From Tubiluchus corallicola (Eukaryota > Animalia > Priapulida): 64,000 nt of DNA. The translations under genes were made by a program, and so were the position numbers. Below, piece by piece: positions 1 through 14,698 of the stretch. The DNA lies in contig JAQGDQ010000459.1 in assembly GCA_030141605.1 (NCBI GenBank), positions 90,809-154,808 on the forward strand, in the 5' to 3' direction. Within the stretch, counting starts at the first letter, position 1; each line of letters starts with the position of its first letter. Below the pieces are notes generated by a model, which had not been told where the DNA came from, ran no database searches, and saw only the letters and a program-made list of their open reading frames with translations.

Positions 1-799
1 TATAGGATAATCCCTGATTAACCTAATCTTGAACACACACGTACAATGCCGTGGTTGAACATATTTAAATTATGAATTAAAAACTAAAATTTGGCTGAGT
101 GAGCAAATTGGAGAGAAAAATGTCAGATAACTAACCTACGTATTTATATCTACAAATTTCATAGCCAAACAAAGAAAATAAATTAGTTGTTAGTTTTACA
201 AGATATATTTTGGTGTAGGTGTAGATCTAATCTAACAGATTATAAATAAAAACAACAATCCCAATAGTCAACAATAATAAAATGAACAAAGAAGTAAATC
301 GTCATAATTTGCATTTTTCGCGCCCCATGAAGTGCCATTTTGTCTGGTCGTACTACCGCGGAACTCCTGATCTAAACTGTTACTGGAGGGGGGGGCTATT
401 AAAAATAAAGCATTTGATGAGATGAATAAAAAACCTATTATATTAATGATATGTGGTGAAATTGTCCGAATTTGCAAAAACGCTCAAGTGCTTGTGTTTT
501 ATGGTCATTGATACAGCCCAATGAGTGCTCGTTAAATTATAAAGACATCTAACGAAAACGTCGCTATGACATAGTATTCTGCGGTCTGCATGTGCAACAC
601 CAAGCATAATGTAATATGTACACTAATTAATAATGTATATTCTTCATATGCAGCTATGGTAATATCTGCCGTGATGCTGGAGTTAGCAACTTTTCAACAT
701 TATTGCAACATCTAACAGGTATATTAATAACCAGTGGTTTCTACCTTACTGATACTGATAAATTAACGTAAAAACGGGCTGCGGAGGGGTCTAAATCTA

Positions 800-1740
800 G
801 AGACTAGTGACAAAGAGAGACCACTGATTTTCTTGTAAAGTTAACAACATGAGAACTACTGAAAAAGAGAGACCACTGATTTTCTTGTAAAGTTGACATT
901 ATGAGAACCACTCACAAAGAGAGACCACTGATTTTCTTGTAAAGTTGACAATATGAGAACTACTGAAAAAGAGAGACCACTGATTTTCTTGTAAAGTTGA
1001 CATTATGAGAACCACTGACAAAGAGAGACCACTGATTTTCTTGTAAAGTTGACATTATGAGAACTAATGACAAAGAGAGACCACTGATTTTCTCGTAAAA
1101 TTGACACTTTGAGAACTACTGACAAAGAGAGACCACTGATTTTTTCGTAAAGTTGACACTATGAGAACTACTGACAAAGAGAGATCACTGATTTTTGTGC
1201 AATGTTGACATTATGAGAACCACTGACAAAGAGAGACCACTGATTTTCTCGTAAAGTTGACATTATGAGAACCACTAATAAAGAGAGACCACTGATTTTC
1301 TCGTAAAGTTGACATTATGAGAACCACTGATAAAGAGAGACCACTGATTTTCTTGTAAAGTTGACACTATGAGAACTACTCACAAAGAGAGACAACTGAT
1401 TTTCTCGTAAAGTTGACAGTATGAGAACCACTGAAAATAAGAAACCACTGGCTTCGTTGTCAATGTGGCGGTATGAGAACTGCTGAAAAAAGAAACTATT
1501 GGCTCTTTTGTCAACTTAACAGTATGAGAACCACTGAGAAAAAAGAGACCACTGGCTTTCTTCTCAAGTTGATAGTATGAGAATCACTGAAAAAAGAAAA
1601 CACTAGTATTGCCGTCAATTTGGCAGTATTAGAACTACTGAGAAAAAAGAGACTAATGGCTTTTTTGTCAACTTGACAGTATGAGAAATAGAGAATAAAA
1701 AGAGACCACTGGCTTTCTTGAAGGTGACAGTATGAATGCC
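800..1740. repeat. 52-bp tandem minisatellite (about 12 conserved and 5-6 decayed units)
   Basis: Unit AAAGAGAGACCACTGATTTTCTTGTAAAGTTGACATTATGAGAACTACTGAC. CCACTGAT recurs at 821, 873, 925 and onward (period 52). Units degenerate after about 1440. Confidence 0.95.
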
Positions 1741-2278
1741 TTCCAGCGAGAAGTACACTAAAGTGTATAAAAAAAGAGACGAACTGTTTACATCAGAACA
1801 CTGGTGTTCAATTATTTTACCAAAAATGTTAATTATGAACAAATAAGTATTATACTAGTAAACAATGTAGAATATACAGGCAAAATGATTTGAGGAACTA
1901 GAAATTTGCTACAATCGGTACAAATAATTGCAAATCTTGTTTTTAAAATGAGAACTAAACATTTGATTTTTCTTCCATAGTATAGAACTATAGAACAGTT
2001 TATAACATCAAAGGATAGTTGAAACAGTAGAGAAGCTAACATATCTTCAAAGTTTAGTGTAAAAGCTTCATGTATTTTGTACGGCCTGTATTCTTGAGAG
2101 GTATGATTGAAGCGTTCACCTGAAAACTCAGGGGTTAATTTTTTCGATCGAATTAAATGGCCTGGAAATTCGGCAGACCTCGGAATACAAAGAAGCTAGC
2201 CGAAAGACATAGTGAACGCTAAGATGATACAAATCATGCCATTGATCAGTATTCAACTGATAATCTTGGGAGACAACC

Positions 2279-2808
2279 GCAAGTAAAAATGGCACAGGTA
2301 AAAACGACACAGGTAAAAATAGCACAGTATAAACGGCATAGGAGAAAATGGCACAGGAAGAAATGGCACAGAAAAAATTATACATGAAAAATAAAAATGA
2401 CGCACTTAGGATTACTGGGGGGATTATTTTAGTCATTTTTGCCTCTGCCAAGAAAGTTATGTTTCAACGCAGTTTGTTTGTTTGTCTGTTTATTTGGTTG
2501 TTGTCTGTTACGGCAGTAAGCCTATTATGTCAAGAACTCTTAACACATTTTCCACAAAATTCAGTGGAGAAGACGGGTTTGCATAGGGCTTTAAGATTGT
2601 ACAGTTTTGGCGAACATCTGCTTTTTACTGAATGTATTCTAGTTGTGTTTTCGAAATCAATTGTATCAAAATAACATGTGTCACTTTTCATACTTTTCCA
2701 TTTGTGCCATTCATTCCTGTGCCATTTTTACTGTGCAATTTTTTTCCTGCGCCATTTTTACCGCGTCATTTTTACTGTGCCATTTTTACTGTGCCATTTT
2801 CACCGTGC
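2279..2808. mobile_element. MULE/foldback-like MITE with repetitive TIRs
   Basis: Left arrays of AAAATGGCACAG mirror right arrays of CTGTGCCATTTT. Imperfect 9-bp flanks GAGACAACC (2270-2278) and GAGACGTAC (2809-2817). Confidence 0.65.
2437..2644 (+). mobile_element. Short Helentron/HINE-like element nested in the MITE
   Basis: 5' TGCCTCTGCCAAGAAAGTTATGTTT, then a (GTTT)n tract, the complementary sub-TIR TTGGCGAA and a 3' end TTCTAGTT. This layout is typical of DINE/HINE elements. Confidence 0.45.
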
Positions 2809-4774
2809 GAGACGTACGAGGCTTTAACGCCAAATCCAAATTATGAGAACATGATAGGTTCGCAATTGCTTGAGCTTTACTTTGGTGTAATAAATTATTT
2901 TGTATTTGTTGCGTTGTTTTCGTGCTCCTTGGTAATAGGCAATGCCCCACCGTGTAGTGGACAATGGTCATCGTATGAGTCGCCGACCCATTTCGAAGGG
3001 TCTTCGCTGATTTTAACGTAGCGGAGAATAAACTACTAGCATGACTGTCTTTAATTTTTAAGTAACGTGATGAGATATGAGACTGCTTACTTCTTTTATG
3101 CTCTGCTGCAGTTTTGGTCCAAGTTGTTATCACCTTTATTTTGTACCTGTAAAAAGCTACTTCATACAACCGCTGGTGGGCGTAATCCTGTTTGGCCACA
3201 TTGACTAGCATCATCTTACTGTCCGTAGTGGAATAATTTTCCTTTTGCACAACGTTCTGGTGAACATACGTCATTTTAAACATGAACGATTTGTGAAAAA
3301 GATTGGTCTGCATCGAATCGTCTTCAAAGTCTGGACTAGAAATATTCTCCATCAATTCTTCAAAGTTCAAATTCGAGTTTGAAATCGTCAAACGCACGTT
3401 GGCTGCACGCAGGAATGATATTAATTGGACGTTTGCAAAGATAAACGTCGTGCTCAGAAACACTAAAATCACTTTGTGTTTGTGCGCACGTAATGTGCTC
3501 ACAAGAAAACTCATTGTTGTCGCACGTCATTACCACGTGACTCCCTGCAGTTTTGAGCAAGATCTCAGAACAGGTGTGTTACAGTGTACGGAGTAGCTGT
3601 TCTGATCTGTGAACATGCCGTCATAAAACCGTCGCCACTTATTTTATCGACGATTAATTTTAAAGCCTTTCTTTGTGACTGCTTATCAAGATATCGTAAC
3701 GTAAATCATTGTTTTTATATCTTTCTTCCTTCTTTAGCTTCTACACAAAATGAACCGTAGTTTGCAACGCTAGGGGGAATGCACCCTTCTCGCTATCATA
3801 GAAGTATTCAGTACTATAATATACACAGGAAGTCAGCATTTTATTAACTTATTTGTCACCACAAACTGCCAGCAACCTTTGGCCGTTATCCCTTGATATC
3901 GGTATGAAGTAAATATCTTGTTAAATTGCAGCACGGTCAACCTTTGGTCAATCTGTTAGTCTCCATTTTGTTAAATGCAGCAAAACTCAACATAGTCAAC
4001 ATTTTGTTATAATTGCAGCAAAAGTCAACCTTTCACCTATCTGTTAGTCAATTGTTGGTTGAGTAGCAGCACAAAAGTAATTTTCTATTTTAAAAAACAG
4101 TCGCGATTCTGTGGGCATTTAGTTCAGTTGAAATAGCGCGTGTAAACCCACTACTCTAGGTCCCGACGCTGAGCTTATTGGTGTTTAAAAAGCGAAGCTG
4201 TTCTATCCCGATGATAAGTGGTCGCTGAACTCACGCAGGCACACGCAAATGAGCTCTAACCACCCTTGTACATGCAACTTGTTATAGAATGCACAATGCA
4301 CTCGTGTATTTCAAATTACTGAGCAAATTTTGAGCAGTCGCCCAGTAAACCCATGGAAGTTGATTTCCGTTTTACCATTATTGTGCCCGTTTATTATTGT
4401 GCTATAACTTCATGAGAGTGGTCATATTTCGCCTCGTTTGTAAACATTAAACGCGTTCATCCAGGGAAAGTCTAACGAACTTAATTTTACTGCAACCTAT
4501 TGATTTATAAAAGAGGATTTTACTTACCCGTTTTAATTTCGTTCAATTTTGATCAACAGGTAAAGGTTTCCATTACTGGGTAATAAAGTTTTTTTCTTAA
4601 AATGCGTATCTTTTTCGTTAGTTGTATAATATTAATGAATAATAATAAAAATACAATATATGAATATTTTAATTAAGTGTTAATCCATCATTGTTAATTA
4701 GAACAAATACGATAACAATAGATGATTAGCAACACTTCTAATTGCTTTATTTAAAAACATACGAACAGCTAAGC

Positions 4775-5258
4775 CAGGGGTGTGCAAGTTATCTGACTAG
4801 GCGGGCCACATTAAACTTTCCCGCAATTCCTGCGGGCCACAGGCAGTTTGATCAAGGTGCCAAGTACAGAAGGGCCTAATAACGATTTTTTTTGCATCCG
4901 ACCTGCGTACATCATTACTACTACACTCGAGAAACTATTTTAGAATTTATTAAAATTTATATTACAAACCATATATTTCTACTTTCAGAACAGATAGTGG
5001 CCATTTCATTACAATGCATATTAGTAATGTGTATCACACAGTCTGTGTAGTACAGTGTTATTAAGCTACAACCGTCTTGTAACGGTTAATGGCATCCGGT
5101 CTGGTAGAAAAAAACTACCAGCACTATCTTTGGGACCGTGGCACGGACTTCAGCTGGATACACTCAATTAATCGCCTGGGCCGCACTTTCATTAAGTTGA
5201 CAAATCTCTTCGCGGGCCGTGCAAATTCTCTCGGCGGGCCGCAATTTCCACACCCCTG
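4775..5258. mobile_element. hAT-type MITE
   Basis: TIRs CAGGGGTGTG and CACACCCCTG. Perfect 8-bp TSD AGCTAAGC at 4767-4774 and 5259-5266. Subterminal GCGGGCC motifs. Confidence 0.92.
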
Positions 5259-7077
5259 AGCTAAGCAATCGAAATAGCAACAATAATAATTTTCATTGTA
5301 AATAAAAGCTTGCTATTTTTGGCGGATGGACACAAAACTAATTTCTGCACAGAATGCGCCCTTTTCTTCAAAACACCGCCCTCTGTTTGTTGACATTGAA
5401 ATCATATGGAAACGTTTAGTATTTATTAATAGAACTGAAGTGTGTTGCTTCAGCCACTTCAAACTTAAGAACACTTGAACGATGCTGTATGGAATGAAAT
5501 ACGTTTGACAGATGTTCAACTCAAGTATGAAAGTGTAACAGAAAGCAGGCAAATCTGTGTCATTTTTCACATTTGAAGACCATTGCATAAACACTGTTAC
5601 CAAGGTAACCAAGTTTCATCAGATTTTTTATTCGCACTAATGATGATTGATATTATATTTTTGATCATAATACATGGTTATTTATTCTACAATACAAGTT
5701 TACAAGTACATTACAGACTTATAGCAGCTTTTACTAAGCCGCTGTTTTCTTTTCGAGTTTTTCTCTGGTTTAGTCCAATTTTTCTCTGGTTTTGAGCATC
5801 TTAGCTTTTATAATACCATATATGGTGTAGCTATACACGTTTTGCGGCTTGAGTTCGAATCTCAGGCAATACGTTTTTCGAGTTCACGATTTTTCAAAAT
5901 GAAATCGTCTAAAACTCTTTTTCAAATCCCCCGTCCACGCAACCCGCTTGCTTGTGTAGAAACAAAGTCGAAATTATTTTTTTCGTGGTCAGTTTTAATT
6001 AAAATTCGATTACATTCGAGAACCCAAGTTGCAAAACTCGCTTCTCGTATTTTGAATTACGAAGACTAATGATAAATTTAGTCATTTTTCCGCATTAAGC
6101 ACGAAAACTTGCTCTTTGATTAAGCCCTTTCGATAAACAGGTGCTGCCATCTATACACCGTAAGCCTAAAGTATATTAGTATTTAATTTTATTTCATGTG
6201 TTGTGACAAATAAACTCAACTTTAATAAATTTCGAAGTTATTTTTAAGCTATAAATCCCCAGTCCAAATCCCAGCTAGTCAAAATTTCCTGTTTTTTTTG
6301 CCAAAAGAGTGGTTTCAAAAACTTTTTGAAAATTCTGAAAGCAAGCCTTTTTGTCAACAGATGAGGATGAGTTTCTCTAAATTCTTGGCTGACATTATAA
6401 AACGAAAATGATAAAGATTTACACAAGAGAAAGCTTTGAGCAAGCATGCGACTGACGTCAAATATTACGTAAAAATAATGTGGGAATGAAAATGCAAACT
6501 GCAGCTTGAAATTACAGGGTGTGACGGTGTAATGGGCTCGGTTCTTAGGGTGAGGAAGTACCCGAGACCTGACTACTAGCCGAGTGTGATAAGGACTTAC
6601 ACCTACGGGGGGTTCTCGCGGTGTTACTCCTTTAATCATCAGGCATCGATTACGTCTTCATACATAAATAGCAAGAGTTAAGCTTAGGTTTAACGATATA
6701 TTTTGAAAATGAGTGAGGCCTTACCACCATCAAAATCAATGTTATTGGGGGTTCAAAATTGTCATTTATTCAACTGAACAGCACCAAACCTAAAATCCCT
6801 GCTAAAAGATTCACAGTTATTTAATTTTACCATAATAGACAAAAGACAACAAGAGTAATGTGGCATTTATATAAGCTTCAATGGCCAAGGCTAAAGTTTG
6901 CCTTGATAGCATAATTTTTTTACTCATACAACATGAAACTACCCCTGTTACTTGATCAATTTCAGTATTGTTCTTGTTGAATAAGTTCCTACCTTGTGTA
7001 TTTGTAATTATTAGTCAATAAATCTAATCTAATCTAATTTAATCTAATTTAATTTAATCTAATCTAAATCTAATCAG

Positions 7078-7290
7078 CAATTTTAAGTGTGGCCTGGGAA
7101 AAATGCAAACGATGTTATCCAGGAATGGTAAAAAAGTACGGCGACATTTTTAGCATGAAGCTTGGTTCTCATATTGTTGTGATGATAACAAAATGGGAGT
7201 TAAATAAAGAAGCCTTTATCAGTCAAGCAGACCATACGTCTCATAAACAATTACTGAAAGATCTAACAGACATGTATGGTGGCGCTGGAG
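7078..7290 (+). pseudogene. Orphan cytochrome P450 (CYP2-clan-like) N-terminal exon
   Basis: KKYGDIFSMKLGSHIVVMITKWELNKEAFISQAD matches the P450 pattern KYGxIFSLxLGxxxVVVLxxxExIKEAF. Ends at a strong donor GAG|GTAAG (7290/7291). Preceded by AATAAA(TCTAA)n, a LINE-like tail. I found no further CYP exons in the window. Confidence 0.65.
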
Positions 7291-8099
7291 GTAAGAAGTC
7301 TCATTATTTCTAGTTGATTTCATTTTTGCTTATTTTAATTTAGTGGTGCAAACTAACTCTGGTGTCGAAATTATTAATATTACAGTTCGCTTGGTGACAA
7401 TGATTATACTAACAACAACAACGACAACAACAACAACGCCAACAACATGGCATCTTTTTATATGGGTCGAGCTAATATAGGAAACTAAACCTACGTAAGA
7501 ATGATTACTATTACCAGCATGCTACTCCGCGTACCTGAACAAACAACCTGAAGTACTATTTTCCAAGCTTTGGTAACAAATAATTAGTTATTCAATTATC
7601 ACAGGTTTTTCAATGTAGCTTATCTGGTTGTAACATTGTAACAAAGTGTATAAAGAGGAAAGACGAAAATTGCCTATTGTTACGTATTTCGTTTTTGCGA
7701 TTAGCGGCTATGCTGGCGGCATCAAACGGCAAATCAGTAAAAAATTTTGAGCGGCGCATTGGCTGTAATAATAATTTTCTAAGTTCACTAATAATGTTGG
7801 CATACGCTCAATTTTGATAAGCCAAAATCACTTTTGCGTTTTTAGTAAAAGAAGTATATCTCAATTAAAAGCAATTATTAGTTTTAAAAAATCTGAAAAC
7901 TTTTCATAAAAAGGAAAAAAATTGTAGCAATAAGTTTGTGTTATGTACTTGCAAATGCCTCTTCAGTTTTCTTGTAAGTATAAGTAAAATTTTATTGTTT
8001 TTCCTGAGGAAAGAGGCTAGCTGACTGCGTGATGGGCTGCCTACTATGTAAAAAAGTAATGCCTTTATTGATTTTTCTCTCCCTCCCTCTCTTAAAAAG

Positions 8100-8290
<191 letters not shown>

Positions 8291-8499
8291 CCTTCTTTTC
8301 CTTTTGTTAAAGGTTCTGCCATTTGTTTCTTGGTCGTTTTACTCCAATGCGAGGTAGCAAATATGGCATATTAAAAATTGCACCCAGTTACGTGCCCTGC
8401 AATTAATCTATATAATTACACATATATTATATTGTAGGTTTGTATATAAATAATTCGCACACGCACACAAGAAGTAGTTGCATGATGCAGTTCTTCATA

Positions 8500-10430
8500 T
8501 ATTCAATTCAATTCAATTCAATTAAAATCGTGCATTTATTTCTATATTCATGATATAACTGAGGCAAGTAAATGTATTTAATTTTCACAATGGAAATGCG
8601 ATGGCGAAAGTCGAAAGACCAAGAGGGTCAACTAGTCAAGCCATCCTTCAATGGATGTATGTGATTATTGGGATGACACTGTAACTATTTCACTCATGAA
8701 TAGTAGTGAAATTACATTATTGCTATGTTACTTAGCAACTTGATCTGTTTAAAATTCTCTAATGAACTTTAAATAACTGAAGGATGAAAATGCAATCAAA
8801 ATTATCTAAACATACAGGAAAATTATAAACGAAAAGCAATGGTAAGCAAAAGCCAAATAATGTGGTACAAATGAATAAAAAATGATCGAAATTCAAGCTG
8901 TCATATCGTCCATGCATAACTCAATATGAGAAAAACATGCAAAATAATAACAATAACGCTAAATGAAAAATAATAATAAACAAATTAAATAAAATGAAAA
9001 GCAAGCTAGCCAAACAGAAATTTAAATAGGGAACTGAATCAAGCTGCAAAATACATGCATTAAAATAACAACTAAAGAGTCTGATTAATAAACAAAACAA
9101 AAGAAAAACAAATAAGATCAGCTAAAATGATTACCCTTGGCACCCGGGCTTGTATAAAATCAACTAATTTAAGCCCATCAATAAATAATATTTATCAAGA
9201 CATGTCAGTGGATTTAGCCACAGGTGTTTTATTAGCACGCTTATACAAGCATGTTTTTACACGTAAACAAACTGTATTTAATGAAAATTTATTTTGACGT
9301 AAGCCTAACTGAATCCTAAAAAAATTGACTAAATATAAGTAACATCTGCACATGATATATAAGGTGTTATATATTGTGTTAATTGCTTGTTAATTACCCC
9401 TATGCATAACAATACACAGCAAAATTATTAAACATTTAAGACAACGATTTTGTATCACAACATTTTATATTTCCAGTTTTACTTTTTTCTAATATCATTG
9501 TTGATCTGCATTATACATTCTAGCTACCATACTTTTAAATAGCTGGAAAAGTTATGATTCTCAACTTTATTTAATATAAAACTCAATAGAGGCATTTTTA
9601 TTCACGAGGAAGTAAACAATTTTAGAAAATTGCATTGTAATTGCAATCAAACATTCATTCAGCTTCAGCTAAGCAGAAAAAAACTATATCGGAAACGGTA
9701 TAACAAGCATCAGGATCTACAAAAGAATTCTAGCTATTCTGTAAACTCAGTAGTTATATTAATGAGGACTTGGGGATCTAAAGCATTTAAAGATTTGAAT
9801 CCTACAGGCTCAAAATTTTATTATATTCACATTATATACTGGTCTAGAATATCTGAATAAGCTTATCTACACAATAATTAATAACACTATAAAATAAGTA
9901 TTAAAGAGATGAATTCATTTCTTCGTCAAAACACACAGTGCTGTTACTACAAAAACTGTAAATTAGTAACAAGCGTGAAGCATTCATCAAGCTCTAGACA
10001 TTAATGAATGCCACTAATCTGTAACAGCCAGCACACAAGGGACACATTCCTGTAAGACATTGAATAATAATGTAAATTAATACAATAATCACGCCTCAGA
10101 AAACAGCACTGTCAAGTCCACTGCATCATAGCACAAGTAAAAGGTTTCTATGGTGCAAGTAGCAAAACTTTTCACATGAAATAAGGGTGATTCTAGCAAT
10201 TTTACTAGCCTGCTTAGTTTTATTTGAAAATTCTTATTTAATGCACATGCTACAAAATGCAGTTTGAGATGTACTGTAGCCAAACGTTGTGGTGATAAAA
10301 ATAGTGAACACTTCTATGGATTGCAGAAGAAAAAAGAACGTCATTTTCTTAACAACTAAGTTATCAAATATCTGACTTTGCTATAATTTAAATGACTATG
10401 GCAAATTTCCTCTAGAATCATTGTCATAGA
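8500..10430 (-). mobile_element. Highly degraded CR1/L2-group LINE remnant
   Basis: On the minus strand, an AATAAA plus (TTGAA)n tail at about 8500-8545, and only vestigial RT-region motifs (VYCYA*G resembling YCxxxWG, and a degenerate FADD-like region). No intact ORF. Confidence 0.4.
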
Positions 10431-10483
10431 TGCAGAAACGGCAGTTACTGAGCACTACAGCTTACACTCACAGCTTGCATGTA

Positions 10484-10510
10484 TCTATACTCTTATATTA
10501 ATATTCTTGG

Positions 10511-10544
<34 letters not shown>

Positions 10545-12526
10545 AGATTCGAGGCTACAGCTTCGACGAGGGCACCATTTGCGGCGATCTATATATCAAA
10601 CGAAAGGTCTCGATCTAGTGTCGTGCCATTGATGGTTTATTTTTGACGGGCCCACCGGAAGGAGGGGGGGGGCGAAAAACCTCCAAAAATGCCCCTTTTC
10701 GACCGTTTTTTGCAAAAAATTGCAAACGTTATACGGCTGAGATGTAGAGAACGGGAACGGGCCGAGGGTGGTCCTGGGTATGGATAGATAGCCCGTTCAG
10801 CGGTGGGTGTAGTTAGCATATTTAGAATTCCCGAGAGGGCCAGGGCGCCCCGCAACGGGCGTTTTCCCGGACCAAACTCGCGATTTTTTCGAAATTTTGA
10901 CCAAACAGCATGCGGGAAAAACGTTCTAGCGTCGCCCTGTGGGAAATAGTCTAGGAAGGAAATATGGGGCTCTTTACAAAGAGGAAGGACAGTGCTACAT
11001 GATTATGTGGGCTATATGTTAGGGCAGGTCCACCGAGAGGAGTATCGACGAGTTAATTCGTGTTCTATTTTCCGCAAATTTCGACAATTTTCGCCTTAGA
11101 AAACTGCAGACCGCATTCCATTGTGCTGACGTCATCCATTGTGTCTATAACTTTAATTCAGCAAAAAGCTGCTTTGCAACATACAGTAGGCAGGAGTAAA
11201 CGCTGCTGGCTTTCCGTTAGGTAAGTAGGCAGGATGTTACGGGCTTTGTGTTATAAATGAGGACTAGGTAGGATGGTCGCGTAATATTAATTACACGTGT
11301 ATGTATACGCAAAATCTTTTGCGGGGCCTTTGCTAGTCTCTTATATTAATATTCTTGGTATGGGCTTAATTTATTTATATATATATATAAGATTCGAGGC
11401 TACAGCCCGGACGAGGCCACCATTTGCGGCGATCTATATATCAAACGAAAGGTCTCGATCTAGTGTCCTGCCATTGATGGTTTATTTTTCGAATTGGGCC
11501 CACCGGAAGGAGGGGGGGGCGAAAAACCTCCAAAAATGGCCATTTTCGGCCGTTTTTTGCAAAAGTTATACGGCTGAGATGTAGAGAACGGGAACGGGCC
11601 GAGGGGGGTACTGGATATGGATAGATAGCCCGTTCAGCGGTGGGTGTAGTAGGCACATTTAGAATTCCCGAGAGGGCCAGGGCGCCCCGCAACGGGCGTT
11701 TTCCCGGACCCAACTCGCGATTTTTTTGAAATTTTGACCAAACGGCATGCGGGAAAAACGTTCTAGCGGCGCCTGGTGGGACTCTAGGAAGGAGATATGT
11801 AGCTCATCAGAAAGAGGAAGGACAGCGCTACACGATGATGTGGGCTATATGTTAGGGCAGGTCCACCGAGAGGAGTACTAGCGAGTGAATTAGATGTTCT
11901 ATTTTCGGCAATTTTCGCTTAGAAAACTGTCCTAACGCATTCCATTGTGCTGATGTCATCCATTGTACTCTGTCTATAAGTTTAATTCAGCAAAAAGCTG
12001 CTCTGCGTTAGATAAACAGACATACAGTAGGAATGATGTTACGGGCTACAGGCTTTGCGTTAGGTAAGTAGGCAGGATGTTACGGGCTTTACGGGCTTTG
12101 TGTTATAAATGAGGACTGTGTAGGATGTTCGCGTGTTATTGCTTATACGTGGTTTTTTACGCAAAATCTTTTGCGGGGCCTTTGCTTGTCTCTTATATTA
12201 ATATTCTTGGTATATATATTTATATATTTATATATAAGATTCGAGGCTACAGCCCGGACGAGGGCACCATTTGCGGCGATCTATGTATCAAACGAAAGGT
12301 CTCGATCTAGTGTCGTGCCATTGATGGTTTATTTTTCCAATCGGGCCCCCCGGGAGGAGGGGGGAACCTCCAAAAATGGCCATTTTTCGGCCGTTTTTTG
12401 CAAAACTTATACCTCTTATTTCTGAAGAACGGGAACGGGCCGAGGGTGGTACTGGGTGTGGATAGATAGCCCGTTCAGCGGTGGGTGTAGTAGGCATATT
12501 TAGAATTCGCGAGAGGGCCAGGGCGC
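10484..12526 (+). mobile_element. Head-to-tail tandem array of a non-autonomous Helitron of about 850 bp (2 full copies, 1 truncated)
   Basis: Units 10484-11336, 11337-12188 and 12189-about 12526. Each starts with TC followed by TCTTATATTAATATTC. Full units end in the hairpin GCAAAATCTTTTGC then GGGGCCTTTG-CTAG (CTTG in unit 2). No TSD. Confidence 0.85.

Positions 12527-14621
<2,095 letters not shown>

Positions 14622-14695
<74 letters not shown>
14622..14695. repeat. (GA)n microsatellite between two LINEs
   Basis: Direct inspection. Confidence 0.98.

Positions 14696-14698
<3 letters not shown>

Larger units (their letters stand above)
1900..3514 (-). pseudogene. Possible decayed single-exon gene with an N-terminal signal anchor, interrupted by a MITE
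   Basis: The 242-aa ORF 2786-3514 starts MSFLVSTLRAHKHKVILVFLSTTFIFANVQL (basic then hydrophobic). Protein-like segments continue in other frames (YVKISEDPSKWVGDSYDDHCPLHGG; QDYQLNTDQWHDLYHL; GERFNHTSQEYRPYKIHEAF) across the MITE, with stops and frameshifts. No family recognised. Confidence 0.3.

Noticed and set aside
800-1740. CRISPR-like appearance of the 52-bp array (and the 75-bp array at 60 kb)
   Set aside because: Units are contiguous with no unique spacers, there are no cas genes, and the context is eukaryotic.
6515-6650. GC-richer segment resembling a tRNA-SINE fragment (similar hint at about 4110-4240)
   Set aside because: Only an A-box-like motif; no B box, cloverleaf, tail or TSD.
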